Origin: Eledone cirrhosa
Lineage: Eukaryota
Direction: 5' to 3'
Assembly: GCA_964016885.1 (NCBI GenBank)
Contig: OZ024744.1
Coordinates: forward strand, 30,752,001-30,816,000
Length of the DNA: 64,000 nt
The first letter of the stretch is position 1, and each line of letters starts with the position of its first letter. Positions 13,201-26,787 of this stretch are shown in pieces. Position numbers and translations under genes: made by a program. The notes below the pieces were generated by a model. It ran no database searches. It worked only from the letters and a program-made list of their open reading frames with translations, and was not told the DNA's origin.

Positions 13201-16200
13201 AAACCCAGATTCCTGATGATTTCTAAAGAATGAAACAGTTCTAGTCCTGTAGAATCTCATCTATATTAAAATTTTTGGATACCCAGATTCCTGATGATTT
13301 CTTAAGAATGAAACAGTTCTAGTCCTGTAGAACCTCATCTATATTAACATTTTTTGACACCCAGATTCCTGATGATTTCTAAAGAATGAAACAGTCCTAG
13401 TCGTGTAGAATCTCATCTATATTAAACATTTGTGATACCCAGATTCCTGATGATTTCTAAAGAATAAAACCGTTCTCGTCCTGTAGAATCTCATTTATAA
13501 TAAAAAATTTTGATACCCAGATTCCTGATGATTTCTAAAGAATGAAACAGTTCTAGTCCTGTAGAATCTCATCTATACTAAGAATTTTTGATACCCAGAT
13601 TCCTGGTGATTTCTAAAGAATGAAACAGTTCTAGTCCGGTAGAATCTCATCTATATAAAAAAATCTTGATACCCAGATTCCTGATGATTTCTAAAGAATG
13701 AAACAGTTCTAGTCTTGTAGAATCTCATCTATATTAAAATTTTCTCATACCCAGATTCCTGATGATTTCTAAAGAATGAAACATTCTAGTCCTGTAGAAT
13801 CTCATCTATATTAACATTTTTTGATACGCAGATTCCTGATGATTTCTAAAGAATGAAACAGTTCTAGTCCTTTAGAATCTCATCTATATTAACATTTTTT
13901 GATACGCAGATTACTGATGATTTCTAAAGAATGAAACAGTTCTAGTCCTGTAGAATCTCATCTATATAAAAATATTTTGATACACAGATTCCTTATGATT
14001 TCTAAAGAATGAAACAGTTCTAGTCTTGTAGAATCTCATCTATATTAAAATTTTCTAATACCCAGATTCCTGATGATTTCTAAAGAATGAAACAGTTCTA
14101 GTCCTGTAGAATCTCATCTATATTAACATTTTTTGATACGCAGCTTCCTGATGATTTCTAAAGAATGAAACAGTTCTAGTCCTTTAGAATCTCATCTATA
14201 TTAACATTTTTTGATACGCAGATTCCTGATGATTTCTAAAGAATGAAACAGTTCTAGTCCTGTAGAATCTCATCTATATAAAAAAATTTTGATACACAGA
14301 TTCCTTATGATTTCTAAAGAATGAAACAATTCTAGTCCGGTAGAATCTCATCTATATTAACATTTTTTGATACCCAGATTCCTGATGATTTCTAAAGAAT
14401 GAAACAGTTCTAGTCCTGTAGAATCTCATCTATATTAACATTTTTTGATACCCAGATTCCTGATGATTTCTAAAGAATGAAACATTTCTAGTCCTGTAGA
14501 ATCTCATCTATATTAACATTTTTTGATACCCAGATTCCTGATGATTTCTTAAGAATGAAACAGTTCTAGTCCTGTAGAATCTCATCTATATTAACATTTT
14601 TTGACACCCAGATTCCTGATAATTTCTAAAGAATGAAGCAGTTCTAGTCCTGTAGAATCTCATCTATATTAACATTTTTCACACCCAGATACCTGATGAT
14701 TTCTAAAGAATGAAACAGTTCTAGTCCTGTAGAATCTCATCAATATAAAAAAATGTTGATACACAGATTCCTTATGATTTCTAAAGAATGAAACAGTTCT
14801 AGTCCTGTAGAATCTCATCTATATTAACATTTTTTTATACCCAGATTCCTGATGATTTCTAAAGAATGAAACAGTTCTAGTCCTGTAGAATCTCATCTAT
14901 ATTAACATTTTTGATACCCAGATGTCTGATGATTTCTAAAGAATGAAACAGTTCTAGTCCGGTAGAATCTCATCTATATAAACATTTTTTGAAACCCAGA
15001 TTCCTGATGATTTCTAAAGAATGAAACAGTTCTAGTCCTGTAGAACCTCAACTATATTAACATTTTTTGATACCCAGATTCCTGATGATTTCTAAAGAAT
15101 GAAACAGTCCTAGTCGTGTAGAATCTCATCTATATTAACATTTTTTGATACCCAGATTCCTGAATATTTCTAAAGAATGAAACAGTTCTAGTCGTGTAGA
15201 ATCTCATCTATATTAAACATTTGTGATACCCAGATTCCTGATGATCTCTAAAGAATAAAACCGTTCTCGTCCTGTAGAATCTCATCTATATTAACATTTT
15301 TTGATACCCAGATTCCTGAATATTTCTAAAGAATGAAACAGTTCTAGTCGTGTAGAATCTCATCTATATTAAACATTTGTGATACCCAGATTCCTGATGA
15401 TCTCTAAAGAATAAAACAGTTCTAGTCCTGTAGAATCTCATCTATAATAAAAAATTTTGAGACCCAGATTCCTGATGATTTCTAAAGAATGAAACAGTTC
15501 TAGTGTTGTAGAATCTCATCTATACTAAGAATTTTTGATACCCAGATTCCTGGTGATTTCTAAAGAATGAAACAGTTCTAGTCCTGAAGAATCTCATCTA
15601 TATAAAAAAATCTTGATACCCAGATTCCTGATGATTTCTAAAGAATGAAACAGTTCTAGTCTTGTAGAATCTCATCTATATCAAAATTTTCTGATACCCA
15701 GATTCCTGATGATTTCTAAAGAATGAAAGATTCTAGTCCTGTAGAATCTCATCTTTATTAACATTCTTTGATACGCAGATTCCTGATGATTTCTAAAGAA
15801 TGAAACAGTTCTAGTCCTTTAGAATCTCATCTATATTAACATTTTTTGATACGCAGATTCCTGATGATTTCTAAAGAATGAAACAGTTCTAGTCCTGTAG
15901 AATCTCATCTATATTAATATTTTTTGATACGCAGATTCCTGATGATTTCTAAAGAATGAAACAGTTCTAGTCCTGTAGAATCTCATCTATATTAACATTT
16001 TTTGATACCCAGATTCCTGATGAATTCTAAAGAATGAAACAGTTCTAGTCCTGTAGAATCTCATCTATAATAAAAAATGTTGATACCCACATTCTTGATG
16101 ATTTCTAAAGAATGAAACAGTTCTAGTCCTGTAGAATCTCATCTATATTAAAAATTTTTGATACCCAGATTCTTGATGATTTCTAAAGAATGAAACAGTT

Positions 16201-17132
16201 CTAGTCCTGTAGAATCTCATCTATATTAACATTTTTGACACCCAGATACCTGATGATTTCTAAAGAATGAAACAGTTCTAGTCCGGTAGAATCTCATCTA
16301 TATTAACATTTTTTGATACCCAGATTCCTGATGATTTCTAAAGAATGAAACAGTTCTAGTCCTGTAGAATCTCATCTATATTAACATTTTTTGATACCCA
16401 GATTCCTGATGATTTCTAAAGAATGAAACAGTTCTAGTCCTGTAGAATCTCATCTATATTAACATTTTTTGATACCCAGATTCCTGGTGATTTCTTAAGA
16501 ATGAAACAGTTCTAGTCCTGTAGAATCTCATCTATATTAACATTTTTTGACACCCAGATTCCTGGTGATTTCTAAAGAATGAAACAGTTCTAGTCCTGTA
16601 GAATCTCATCTATATTAACATTTTTCACACCCAGATACCTGATGATTTCTAAAGAATGAAACAGTTCTAGTCCTGTAAAATCTCATCTATATAAAAAAAT
16701 GTTGATACACAGATTCCTTATGATTTCTAAAGAATGAAACAGTTCTAGTCCTGTAGAATCAAATCTATATTAAAAATTTGTTGATACCCAGATTCCTGAT
16801 GATTTCTAAAGAATGAAACAGTTCTAGTCCTGTAGAATCTCATCTATATTAACATTTTTTGATACCCAGATTCGTGATAATTTCTAAAGAATGAAACAGT
16901 TCTAGTCCTGTAGAATCTCATCTATATTAACATTCTTTGATATCCAGATTGCTGATGATTTCTAAAGAATGAAACAGTTCTAGTCCTGTAGAATCTCATC
17001 TATATTAAAATTTGTTGATACCCAGATTCCTGATGATTTCTAAAGAATGAAACAGTTCTAGTCCTGTAGAATCTCATCTATATTAAAAATTTTTGATACC
17101 CAGATTCCTGTTGATTTCTAAAGAATGAAACA

Positions 17133-17379
17133 TAGGTGTCACGACAAAAAAACACACATTCCACACTGTAATGTGGCCGTGTAGGCAACACAGTAAAAAT
17201 CTCCCAGACCCACACTGTAAATGTGCTTGGTGTTAGGAAGGGCATCCAACTGTAGAAAACCTGCCAGACAGTCCTATGCGAGCAAGACAATCACTCTTGC
17301 CTCAAGTGGGACTACCCCCGTCCAAACCCATGCAAGCGTGGAACACGGACGTTAAACATTGATGATGATGATGATGATG
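17133..17379 (+). mobile_element. Non-autonomous RTE-type SINE-like retroposon, copy 1 (divergent), 247 bp
   Basis: Non-satellite, more GC-rich sequence ending in GGACGTTAAACATT(GAT)n and flanked by ATGAAACA (17125-17132) and ATGAAATA (17380-17387). The motifs GGTGTTAGGAAGGGCATCC and CCCATGCAAGCGTGGAACACGGACGTTAAA resemble RTE-derived SINE bodies and tails as I recall them (not database-checked). Confidence 0.8.
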
Positions 17380-18416
17380 ATGAAATAGTTCTAGTCCTGT
17401 AGAATCTCATGTATATTAATATTTTTTGATACCCAGATTCCTGATAATTTCTAAAGAAGGAAACAGTTCTAGTCCTGTAGAATCTCATCTATATTAAAAA
17501 ATTTTGATACCCAGATTCCTTATGATTTCTAAAGAATGAAACAGTTCTAGTCCTGTAGAATCTCATCTATATTAACATTTTTTGATACCCAGATTCCTGA
17601 TGATTTCTAAAGAATGAAACAGTTCTAGTCCTGTAGAATCTCATCTATATTAACATTTTTTGATACCCAGATTCCTGATGATTTCTAAAGAATGAAACAG
17701 TTCTAGTCCTGTAGAATGTCATCTATATTAAAATTTTTGGATACCCAGATTCCTGATGATTTCTAAAGAATGAAACAGTTCTAGTCCTTTAGAATCTCAT
17801 CCATATTAAAATTTTTTGATACCCAGATTCCTGATGATTTCTAAAGAATGAAACAGCTCTAGTCCTGTAGAACCTCATCTATATTAACATTTTTTGATAC
17901 CCAGATTCCTGATGATTTCTAAAGAATGAAACAGTTCTAGTCCTGTAGAATCTCATATACATTAACATTTTTTGACACCCAGATTCCTGATGATTTCTAA
18001 AGAATGAAACAGTTCTAGTCCTGTAGAATCTCATCTATATTAACATTTTTTGACACCCAGATTCCTGATAATTTCTAAAGAATGAAACAGTTCTAGTCCT
18101 GTAGAATCTCATCTATATTAACATTTTTGATACCCAGATTCCTGATAATTTCTAAAGAATGAAACAGTTCTAGTCCTGTAGAATCTCATCTATATTAACA
18201 TTTTTGATACCCAGATTCCTGATGATTTCTAAAGAATGAAACAGTTCTAGTCCTGTAGAATCTCATCTATATTAACATTTTTCACACCCAGATACCTGAT
18301 GATTTCTAAAGAATGAAACAGTTCTAGTCCTGTAGAATCTCATCTATATAAAAAAATGTTGATACACAGAATCCTTATGATTTCTAAAGAATGAAACAGT
18401 TCTAAAGAATGAAATA

Positions 18417-18663
18417 TAGGTGTCACCACAAAAAAACACACAGTCCACGCTGTAAAGTGGCCGTGTAGGCAACACGGTAAAGACCTCCCAGACCCACACT
18501 GTAAATGTGGTTGGTGTTAGGAAGGGCATCCAACTGTAGAAAACCTGCCAGACAGTCCTATGCGAGCAAGACAATCACTCTTGCCTCAAGTGGGACTACC
18601 CCCGTCCAAACCCATGCAAGCGTGGAACACGGACGTTAAACGTTGAAGGTGATGATGATGATG
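18417..18663 (+). mobile_element. SINE-like insert copy 2 (subtype B), 247 bp
   Basis: Same element; TSD ATGAAATA/ATGAAACA; preceded by an 18-bp satellite duplication. Confidence 0.8.
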
Positions 18664-20231
18664 ATGAAACAGTTCTAGTCGTGTAGAATCTCATCTATAT
18701 TAAAATTTTTTGATACCCAGATTCCTGATAATTTCTAAAGAATGAAACAGTTCTAGTCCTTTAGAATTTCATCCATATTAAAAATTTTTGATACCCAGAT
18801 TCCTGATGATTTCTAAAGAATGAAACAGTTTTAGTCCTGTAGAATCTCATCTATATTAAAATTTGTGACACCCAGATTCCTGATGATTTCTAAAGAATGA
18901 AACAGTTGTAGTTCAGTAGAATCTCATCTATATTAAAATTTTTTGAAACCCACATTCCTGATGATTTCTAAAGAATGAAACAGTTCTAGTCCTGTAGAAT
19001 CTCATCTATACTAATAATTTTTGATACCCAGATTCCTGGTGATTTCTAATGAATGAAACAGTTCTAGTCCTGTAGAATCTCATCTATATTCAAAATTTTT
19101 GATACCCAGATTCCTGATGATTTCTAAAGAATGAAACACCTCTAGTCCTTTAGAACCTCATCTATTTTAACATTTTTTGACACCCAGATTCCTGATGATT
19201 TCTAAAGAATGAAACAGTTCTAGTACTGTAGAATCTCATGTATACTAAAAATTTTTGATACCCAGATTCCTGATGATTTCTAAAGAATGAACTAGTTCTA
19301 GTCCTGTAGAATCTCATCTATATTAACACTTTTTGATACCCAGATTCCTGATGATTTCTAAAGAATGAAACAGTTCTAGTCCTGTAGAATCTCATCTATA
19401 TTAACATTTTTTGATACCCAGATTCCTGATGATTTCAAAAATAATGAAACAGTTCTAGTCCTGTAGAATCTCATCTATATTAAAATTTTTGGATACCCAG
19501 ATTCCTGATGATTTCTAAAGAATGAAACAGTTCTAGTCCTTTAGAATCTCATCCATATTAAAAATTTTTGATACCCAGATTCCTGATAATTTCTAAAGAA
19601 TGAAACAGTTCTAGTCCTGTAGAATCTCATCTATATTAAAAATTCTTGATACCCAGATTCCTGATGATTTCTAAAGAATGAAACAGTTCTAGTCCTGTAG
19701 AATCTCATTTATATTAACATTTTTTGACACCCAGATTCCTGATGATTTCTAAAGAATGAAACAGTTCTAGTACTGTAGAATCTCATCTAAACTAAACATT
19801 TTTGATACCCAGATTCCTGATGATTTCTAAAGAATGAACCAGTTCTAGTCCTGTAGAATCTCATCTATATTAAAATTTGTTGATACCCAGATTCCTGATG
19901 ATTTCTAAAGAATGAAACAGTTCTAGTCCTGTAGAATCTCATCTATATTAAAATTTTTTGATACCCAGATTCCTGATGATTTCTAAAGAATGAAACAGTT
20001 CTAGTCCTGTAGAATATCATCTATATTAAAAATATTTGATACCCAGATTACTGATGATTTCTAAAGAATGAAACAGTTCTAGTCCTGTAGAATCTCATCT
20101 ATATTAAAATTTGTTGATACCCAGATTCCTGATGATTTCTAAAGAATGAAACAGTTCTAGTCCTGTAGAATCTCATCTATATTAAAAATTTTTGATACCC
20201 AGATTCCTGATGATTTCTAAAGAATGAAACA

Positions 20232-20466
20232 TAGGTGTCACGACAAAAAAACACACAGTCCACACTGTAATGTGGCCGTGTAGGCAACACGGTAAAAACC
20301 TCCCAGACCCACACTGTAGATGTGGTTGGTGTTAGGAAGGGCATCCAACTGTAGAAAACCTGCCAGACAGTCCTATGCGAGCAAGACAATCACTCTTGCC
20401 TCAAGTGGGACTACCCACGTCCAAACCCATGTAAGCGTGGAACACGGACGTTAAACGTTGATGATG
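20232..20466 (+). mobile_element. SINE-like insert copy 3 (subtype A), 235 bp
   Basis: Perfect TSD ATGAAACA at 20224-20231 and 20467-20474; short (GAT)n tail. Confidence 0.8.
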
Positions 20467-22283
20467 ATGAAACAGTTCTAGTCGTGTAGAATCTCATCTA
20501 TATTAAAATTTTTTGACACCCAGATTCCTGATCATTTCCAAAGAATGAAACAGTTCTAGTCCGGTAGAATCTCATCTATATTAAAATTTGTTGATACCCA
20601 GATTCCTGATGATTTCTAAAGAATGAAACAGTTCTTGTCCTTTAGAATCTCATCCATATTAAAATTTTTTGTTACCCAGATTCCTGATAATTTCTAAAGA
20701 ATGAAACAGTTCTAGTCCTGTAGAATCTCATCTATATTAAAATTTTTTGATACCCAGATTCCTGATAATTTCTAAAGAATGAAACAGTTCTAGTATTGTA
20801 GAATCTCATCTATATTAAAAATTTTTGATACCCAGATTCCTGATGATTTCTAAAGTATGAAACAGTTCTAGTCCTGTAGAATCTCATCTATATTAACATT
20901 TTTTGATACCCAGATTCCTGATGATTTCTAAAGAATGAAACAGTTCTAGTCCTGTAGAATCTCATCTATATTAAAATTTTTGGATACCCATATTCCTGAT
21001 GATTTCTATAGAATGAAACAGTTCTAGTCCTGTAGAATCTCATCTATATTAAAATTTTTTGATACCCAGATTCCTGATGATTTCTAAAGAATGAAACAGT
21101 TCTAGTCCTGTAGATTCTCATGTATATTAAAATTTTTTAATACCCAGATTCCTGATGATTTCTAAAGAATGAAACAGTTCTAGTCCTGTAGAATGTCATC
21201 TATACTAAAATTTTTTGATACCCAGATTCCTGGTGATTTCTTAAGAATGAAACAGTTCTAGTCCTGTAGAATCTCATCTATATTAAAATTTTTTGATACC
21301 CAGATTCCTGATGATTTCTAAAGAATGAAACAGTTCTAGTCCTGTAGAATCTCATCTACATTAAAATTTTTTGATACCCAGATTCCTGATGATTTCTAAA
21401 GAATGAAACAGCTCTAGTCCTGTAGAATCTCATCTATATTAAAAATTTTTGATACCCACATTCCTGATGATTTCTAAAGAATGAAACAGTTCTAGTCCTG
21501 TAGAATCTCATCTATACTAATAATTTTTGATACCCAGATTCCTGGTGATTTCTAAAGAATGAAACAGTTCTAGTCCTGTAGAATCTCATCTATATTAAAA
21601 TTTTGTGACACCCAGATTCCTGATGATTTCTAAAGAATAAAACAGTTGTAGTTCAGTAGAATCTCATCTATATTAGAATTTTTTGATACCCACATTCCTG
21701 ATGATTTCTAAAGAATGAAACAGTTCTAGTCCTGTAGAACCTCATCTATATTAACATTTTTTGATACCCAGATTCCTGATGATTTCTAAAGAATGAAACA
21801 GTTCTAGTCCTGTAGAATCTCATATACATTAACATTTTTTGACACCCAGATTCCTGATGATTTCTAAAGAATGAAACAGTTCTAGTCCTGTAGAATCTCA
21901 TCTATATTAACATTTTTTGACACCCAGATTCCTGATAATTTCTAAAGAATGAAACAGCTCTAGTCCTGTAGAATCTCATCTATATTAACATTTTTGATAC
22001 CCAGATTCCTGATAATTTCTAAAGAATGAAACAGTTCTAGTCCTGTAGAATCTCATCTATATTAACATTTTTGATACCCAGATTCCTGATGATTTCTAAA
22101 GAATGAAACAGTTCTAGTCCTGTAGAATCTCATCTATATTAACATTTTTCACACCCAGATACCTGATGATTTCTAAAGAATGAAACAGTTCTAGTCCTGT
22201 AGAATCTCATCTATATAAAAAAATGTTGATACACAGAATCCTTATGATTTCTAAAGAATGAAACAGTTCTAAAGAATGAAATA

Positions 22284-22530
22284 TAGGTGTCACCACAAAA
22301 AAACACACAGTCCACGCTGTAAAGTGGCCGTGTAGGCAACACGGTAAAGACCTCCCAGACCCACACTGTAAATGTGGTTGGTGTTAGGAAGGGCATCCAA
22401 CTGTAGAAAACCTGCCAGACAGTCCTATGCGAGCAAGACAATCACTCTTGCCTCAAGTGGGACTACCCCCGTCCAAACCCATGCAAGCGTGGAACACGGA
22501 CGTTAAACGTTGATGGTGATGATGATGATG
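22284..22530 (+). mobile_element. SINE-like insert copy 4 (subtype B), 247 bp
   Basis: Near-identical to copy 2, with the same junctions. Confidence 0.8.
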
Positions 22531-24488
22531 ATGAAACAGTTCTAGTCGTGTAGAATCTCATCTATATTAAAATTTTTTGATACCCAGATTCCTGATGATT
22601 TCTAAAGAATGAAACAGTTCTAGTCCTTTAGAATCTCATCCATATTAAAAATTTTTGATACCCAGATTCCTGATGATTTCTAAAGAATGAAACAGTTTTA
22701 GTCCTGTAGAATCTCATCTATATTAAAATTTGTGACACCCAGATTCCTGATGATTTCTAAAGAATGAAACAGTTGTAGTTCAGTAGAATCTCATCTATAT
22801 TAAAATTTTTTGAAACCCACATTCCTGATGATTTCTAAAGAATGAAACAGTTCTAGTCCTGTAGAATCTCATCTATACTAATAATTTTTGATACCCAGAT
22901 TCCTGGTGATTTCTAAAGAATGAAACAGTTCTAGTCCTGTAGAATCTCATCTATATTCAAAATTTTTGATACCCAGATTCCTGATGATTTCTAAAGAATG
23001 AAACACCTCTAGTCCTTTAGAACCGCATCTATATTAACATTTTTTGACACCCAGATTCCTGATGATTTCTAAAGAATGAAACAGTTCTAGTACTGTAGAA
23101 TCTCATCTATACTAAAAATTTTTGATACCCAGATTCCTGATGATTTCTAAAGAATGAACTAGTTCTAGTCCTGTAGAATCTCATCTATATTAACACTTTT
23201 TGATACCCAGATTCGTGATGATTTCTAAAGAATGAAACAGTTCTAGTCCTGTAGAATCTCATCTATATTAACATTTTTTGATACCCAGATTCCTGATGAT
23301 TTCAAAAATAATGAAACAGTTCTAGTCCTGTAGAATCTCATCTATATTAAAATTTTTGGATACCCAGATTCCTGATGATTTCTAAAGAATGAAACAGTTC
23401 TAGTCCTTTAGAATCTCATCCATATTAAAAAATTTTGATACCCAGATTCCTGATAATTTCTAAAGAATGAAACAGTTCTAGTCCTGTAGAATCTCATCTA
23501 TATTAAAAATTCTTGATACCCAGATTCCTGATGATTTCTAAAGAATGAAACAGTTCTAGTCCTGTAGAATCTCATTTATATTAACATTTTTTGACACCCA
23601 GATTCCTGATGATTTCTAAAGAATGAAACAGTTCTAGTAATGTAGAACCTCATCTAAACTAAACATTTTTGATACCCAGATTCCTGATGATTTCTAAAGA
23701 ATGAACCAGTTCTAGTCCTGTAGAATCTCATCTATATTAACACTTTTTGATACCCAGATTCCTGATGATTTCTAAAGAATGAAACAGTTCTAGTCCTGTA
23801 GAATCTCATCGATATTAAAATTTTTTGATACCCAGATTCCTGATGATTTCTAAATAATGAAACAGTTCTAGTCCTGTAGAATCTCATCTATATTAAAATT
23901 TTTGGATACCCAGATTCCTGATGATTTCTAAAGAATGAAACAGTTCTAGTCCGGTAGAATCTCATCTATATTAACATTTTTTGATACCCAGATTCCTGAT
24001 GATTTCTAAAGAATGAAACAGTTCTAGTCCTGTAGAATCTCATCTATATTAACATTTTTTGATACCCAGATTCCTGATGATTTCCAAAGAATGAAACAGT
24101 TCTAGTCCGGTAGAATCTCATCTATATTAAAATTTGTTGATACCCAGATTCCTGATGATTTCTAAAGAATGAAACAGTTCTAGTCCTGTAGAATCTCATC
24201 TATATTAAAATTTTTTGATACCCAGATTCCTGATGATTTCTAAAGAATGAAACAGTTCTAGTCCTGTAGAATATCATCTATATTAAAAATATTTGATACC
24301 CAGATTACTGATGATTTCTAAAGAATGAAACAGTTCTAGTCCTGTAGAATCTCATCTATATTAAAATTTGTTGATACCCAGATTCCTGATGATTTCTAAA
24401 GAATGAAACAGTTCTAGTCCTGTAGAATCTCATCTATATTAAAAATTTTTGATACCCAGATTCCTGATGATTTCTAAAGAATGAAACA

Positions 24489-24723
24489 TAGGTGTCACGA
24501 CAAAAAAACACACAGTCCACACTGTAATGTGGCCGTGTAGGCAACACGGTAAAAACCTCCCAGACCCACACTGTAGATGTGGTTGGTGTTAGGAAGGGCA
24601 TCCAACTGTAGAAAACCTGCCAGACAGTCCTATGCGAGCAAGACAATCACTCTTGCCTCAAGTGGGACTACCCACGTCCTAACCCATGTAAGCGTGGAAC
24701 ACGGACGTTAAACGTTGATGATG
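24489..24723 (+). mobile_element. SINE-like insert copy 5 (subtype A), 235 bp
   Basis: Near-identical to copy 3, 4257 bp downstream of it. Confidence 0.8.
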
Positions 24724-26540
24724 ATGAAACAGTTCTAGTCGTGTAGAATCTCATCTATATTAAAATTTTTTGATACCCAGATTCCTGATGATTTCCAAAG
24801 AATGAAACAGTTCTAGTCCGGTAGAATCTCATCTATATTAAAATTTGTTGATACCCAGATTCCTGATGATTTCTAAAGAATGAAACAGTTCTTGTCCTTT
24901 AGAATCTCATCCATATTAAAATTTTTTGTTACCCAGATTCCTGATAATTTCTAAAGAATGAAACAGTTCTAGTCCTGTAGAATCTCATCTATATTAAAAT
25001 TTTTTGATACCCAGATTCCTGATAATTTCTAAAGAATGAAACAGTTCTAGTATTGTAGAATCTCATCTATATTAAAAATTTTTGATACCCAGATTCCTGA
25101 TGATTTCTAAAGTATGAAACAGTTCTAGTCCTGTAGAATCTCATCTATATTAACATTTTTTGATACCCAGATTCCTGATGATTTCTAAAGAATGAAACAG
25201 TTCTAGTCCTGTAGAATCTCATCTATATTAAAATTTTTGGATACCCATATTCCTGATGATTTCTATAGAATGAAACAGTTCTAGTCCTGTAGAATCTCAT
25301 CTATATTAAAATTTTTTGATACCCAGATTCCTGATGATTTCTAAAGAATGAAACAGTTCTAGTCCTGTAGATTCTCATGTATATTAAAATTTTTTAATAC
25401 CCAGATTCCTGATGATTTCTAAAGAATGAAACAGTTCTAGTCCTGTAGAATGTCATCTATACTAAAATTTTTTGATACCCAGATTCCTGGTGATTTCTTA
25501 AGAATGAAACAGTTCTAGTCCTGTAGAATCTCATCTATATTAAAATTTTTTGATACCCAGATTCCTGATGATTTCTAAAGAATGAAACAGTTCTAGTCCT
25601 GTAGAATCTCATCTACATTAAAATTTTTTGATACCCAGATTCCTGATGATTTCTAAAGAATGAAACAGCTCTAGTCCTGTAGAATCTCATCTATATTAAA
25701 AATTTTTGATACCCACATTCCTGATGATTTCTAAAGAATGAAACAGTTCTAGTCCTGTAGAATCTCATCTATACTAATAATTTTTGATACCCAGATTCCT
25801 GGTGATTTCTAAAGAATGAAACAGTTCTAGTCCTGTAGAATCTCATCTATATTAAAATTTTGTGACACCCAGATTCCTGATGATTTCTAAAGAATAAAAC
25901 AGTTGTAGTTCAGTAGAATCTCATCTATATTAGAATTTTTTGATACCCACATTCCTGATGATTTCTAAAGAATGAAACAGTTCTAGTCCTGTAGAACCTC
26001 ATCTATATTAACATTTTTTGATACCCAGATTCCTGATGATTTCTAAAGAATGAAACAGTTCTAGTCCTGTAGAATCTCATATACATTAACATTTTTTGAC
26101 ACCCAGATTCCTGATGATTTCTAAAGAATGAAACAGTTCTAGTCCTGTAGAATCTCATCTATATTAACATTTTTTGACACCCAGATTCCTGATAATTTCT
26201 AAAGAATGAAACAGCTCTAGTCCTGTAGAATCTCATCTATATTAACATTTTTGATACCCAGATTCCTGATAATTTCTAAAGAATGAAACAGTTCTAGTCC
26301 TGTAGAATCTCATCTATATTAACATTTTTGATACCCAGATTCCTGATGATTTCTAAAGAATGAAACAGTTCTAGTCCTGTAGAATCTCATCTATATTAAC
26401 ATTTTTCACACCCAGATACCTGATGATTTCTAAAGAATGAAACAGTTCTAGTCCTGTAGAATCTCATCTATATAAAAAAATGTTGATACACAGAATCCTT
26501 ATGATTTCTAAAGAATGAAACAGTTCTAAAGAATGAAATA

Positions 26541-26787
26541 TAGGTGTCACCACAAAAAAACACACAGTCCACGCTGTAAAGTGGCCGTGTAGGCAACACG
26601 GTAAAGACCTCCCAGACCCACACTGTAAATGTGGTTGGTGTTAGGAAGGGCATCCAACTGTAGAAAACCTGCCAGACAGTCCTATGCGAGCAAGACAATC
26701 ACTCTTGCCTCAAGTGGGACTACCCCCGTCCAAACCCATGCAAGCGTGGAACACGGACGTTAAACGTTGATGGTGATGATGATGATG
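26541..26787 (+). mobile_element. SINE-like insert copy 6 (subtype B), 247 bp
   Basis: Near-identical to copy 4, 4257 bp downstream of it. Confidence 0.8.

Noticed and set aside
20226-20244. Alternative hammerhead stem III formed by the insert 5' junction (GAA-ACA-TAGG-TGT-C^, GUC triplet)
   Set aside because: The downstream ACGAC cannot pair with the upstream AGAUUC to form stem I, and subtype B lacks the stem; probably coincidental.
20458-20474. Insert tail TGATGATGATGAAAC mimicking a UGAUGA...GAAA core
   Set aside because: It lacks C3, stem II and a stem I partner; it is explained by the (GAT)n tail abutting the TSD.
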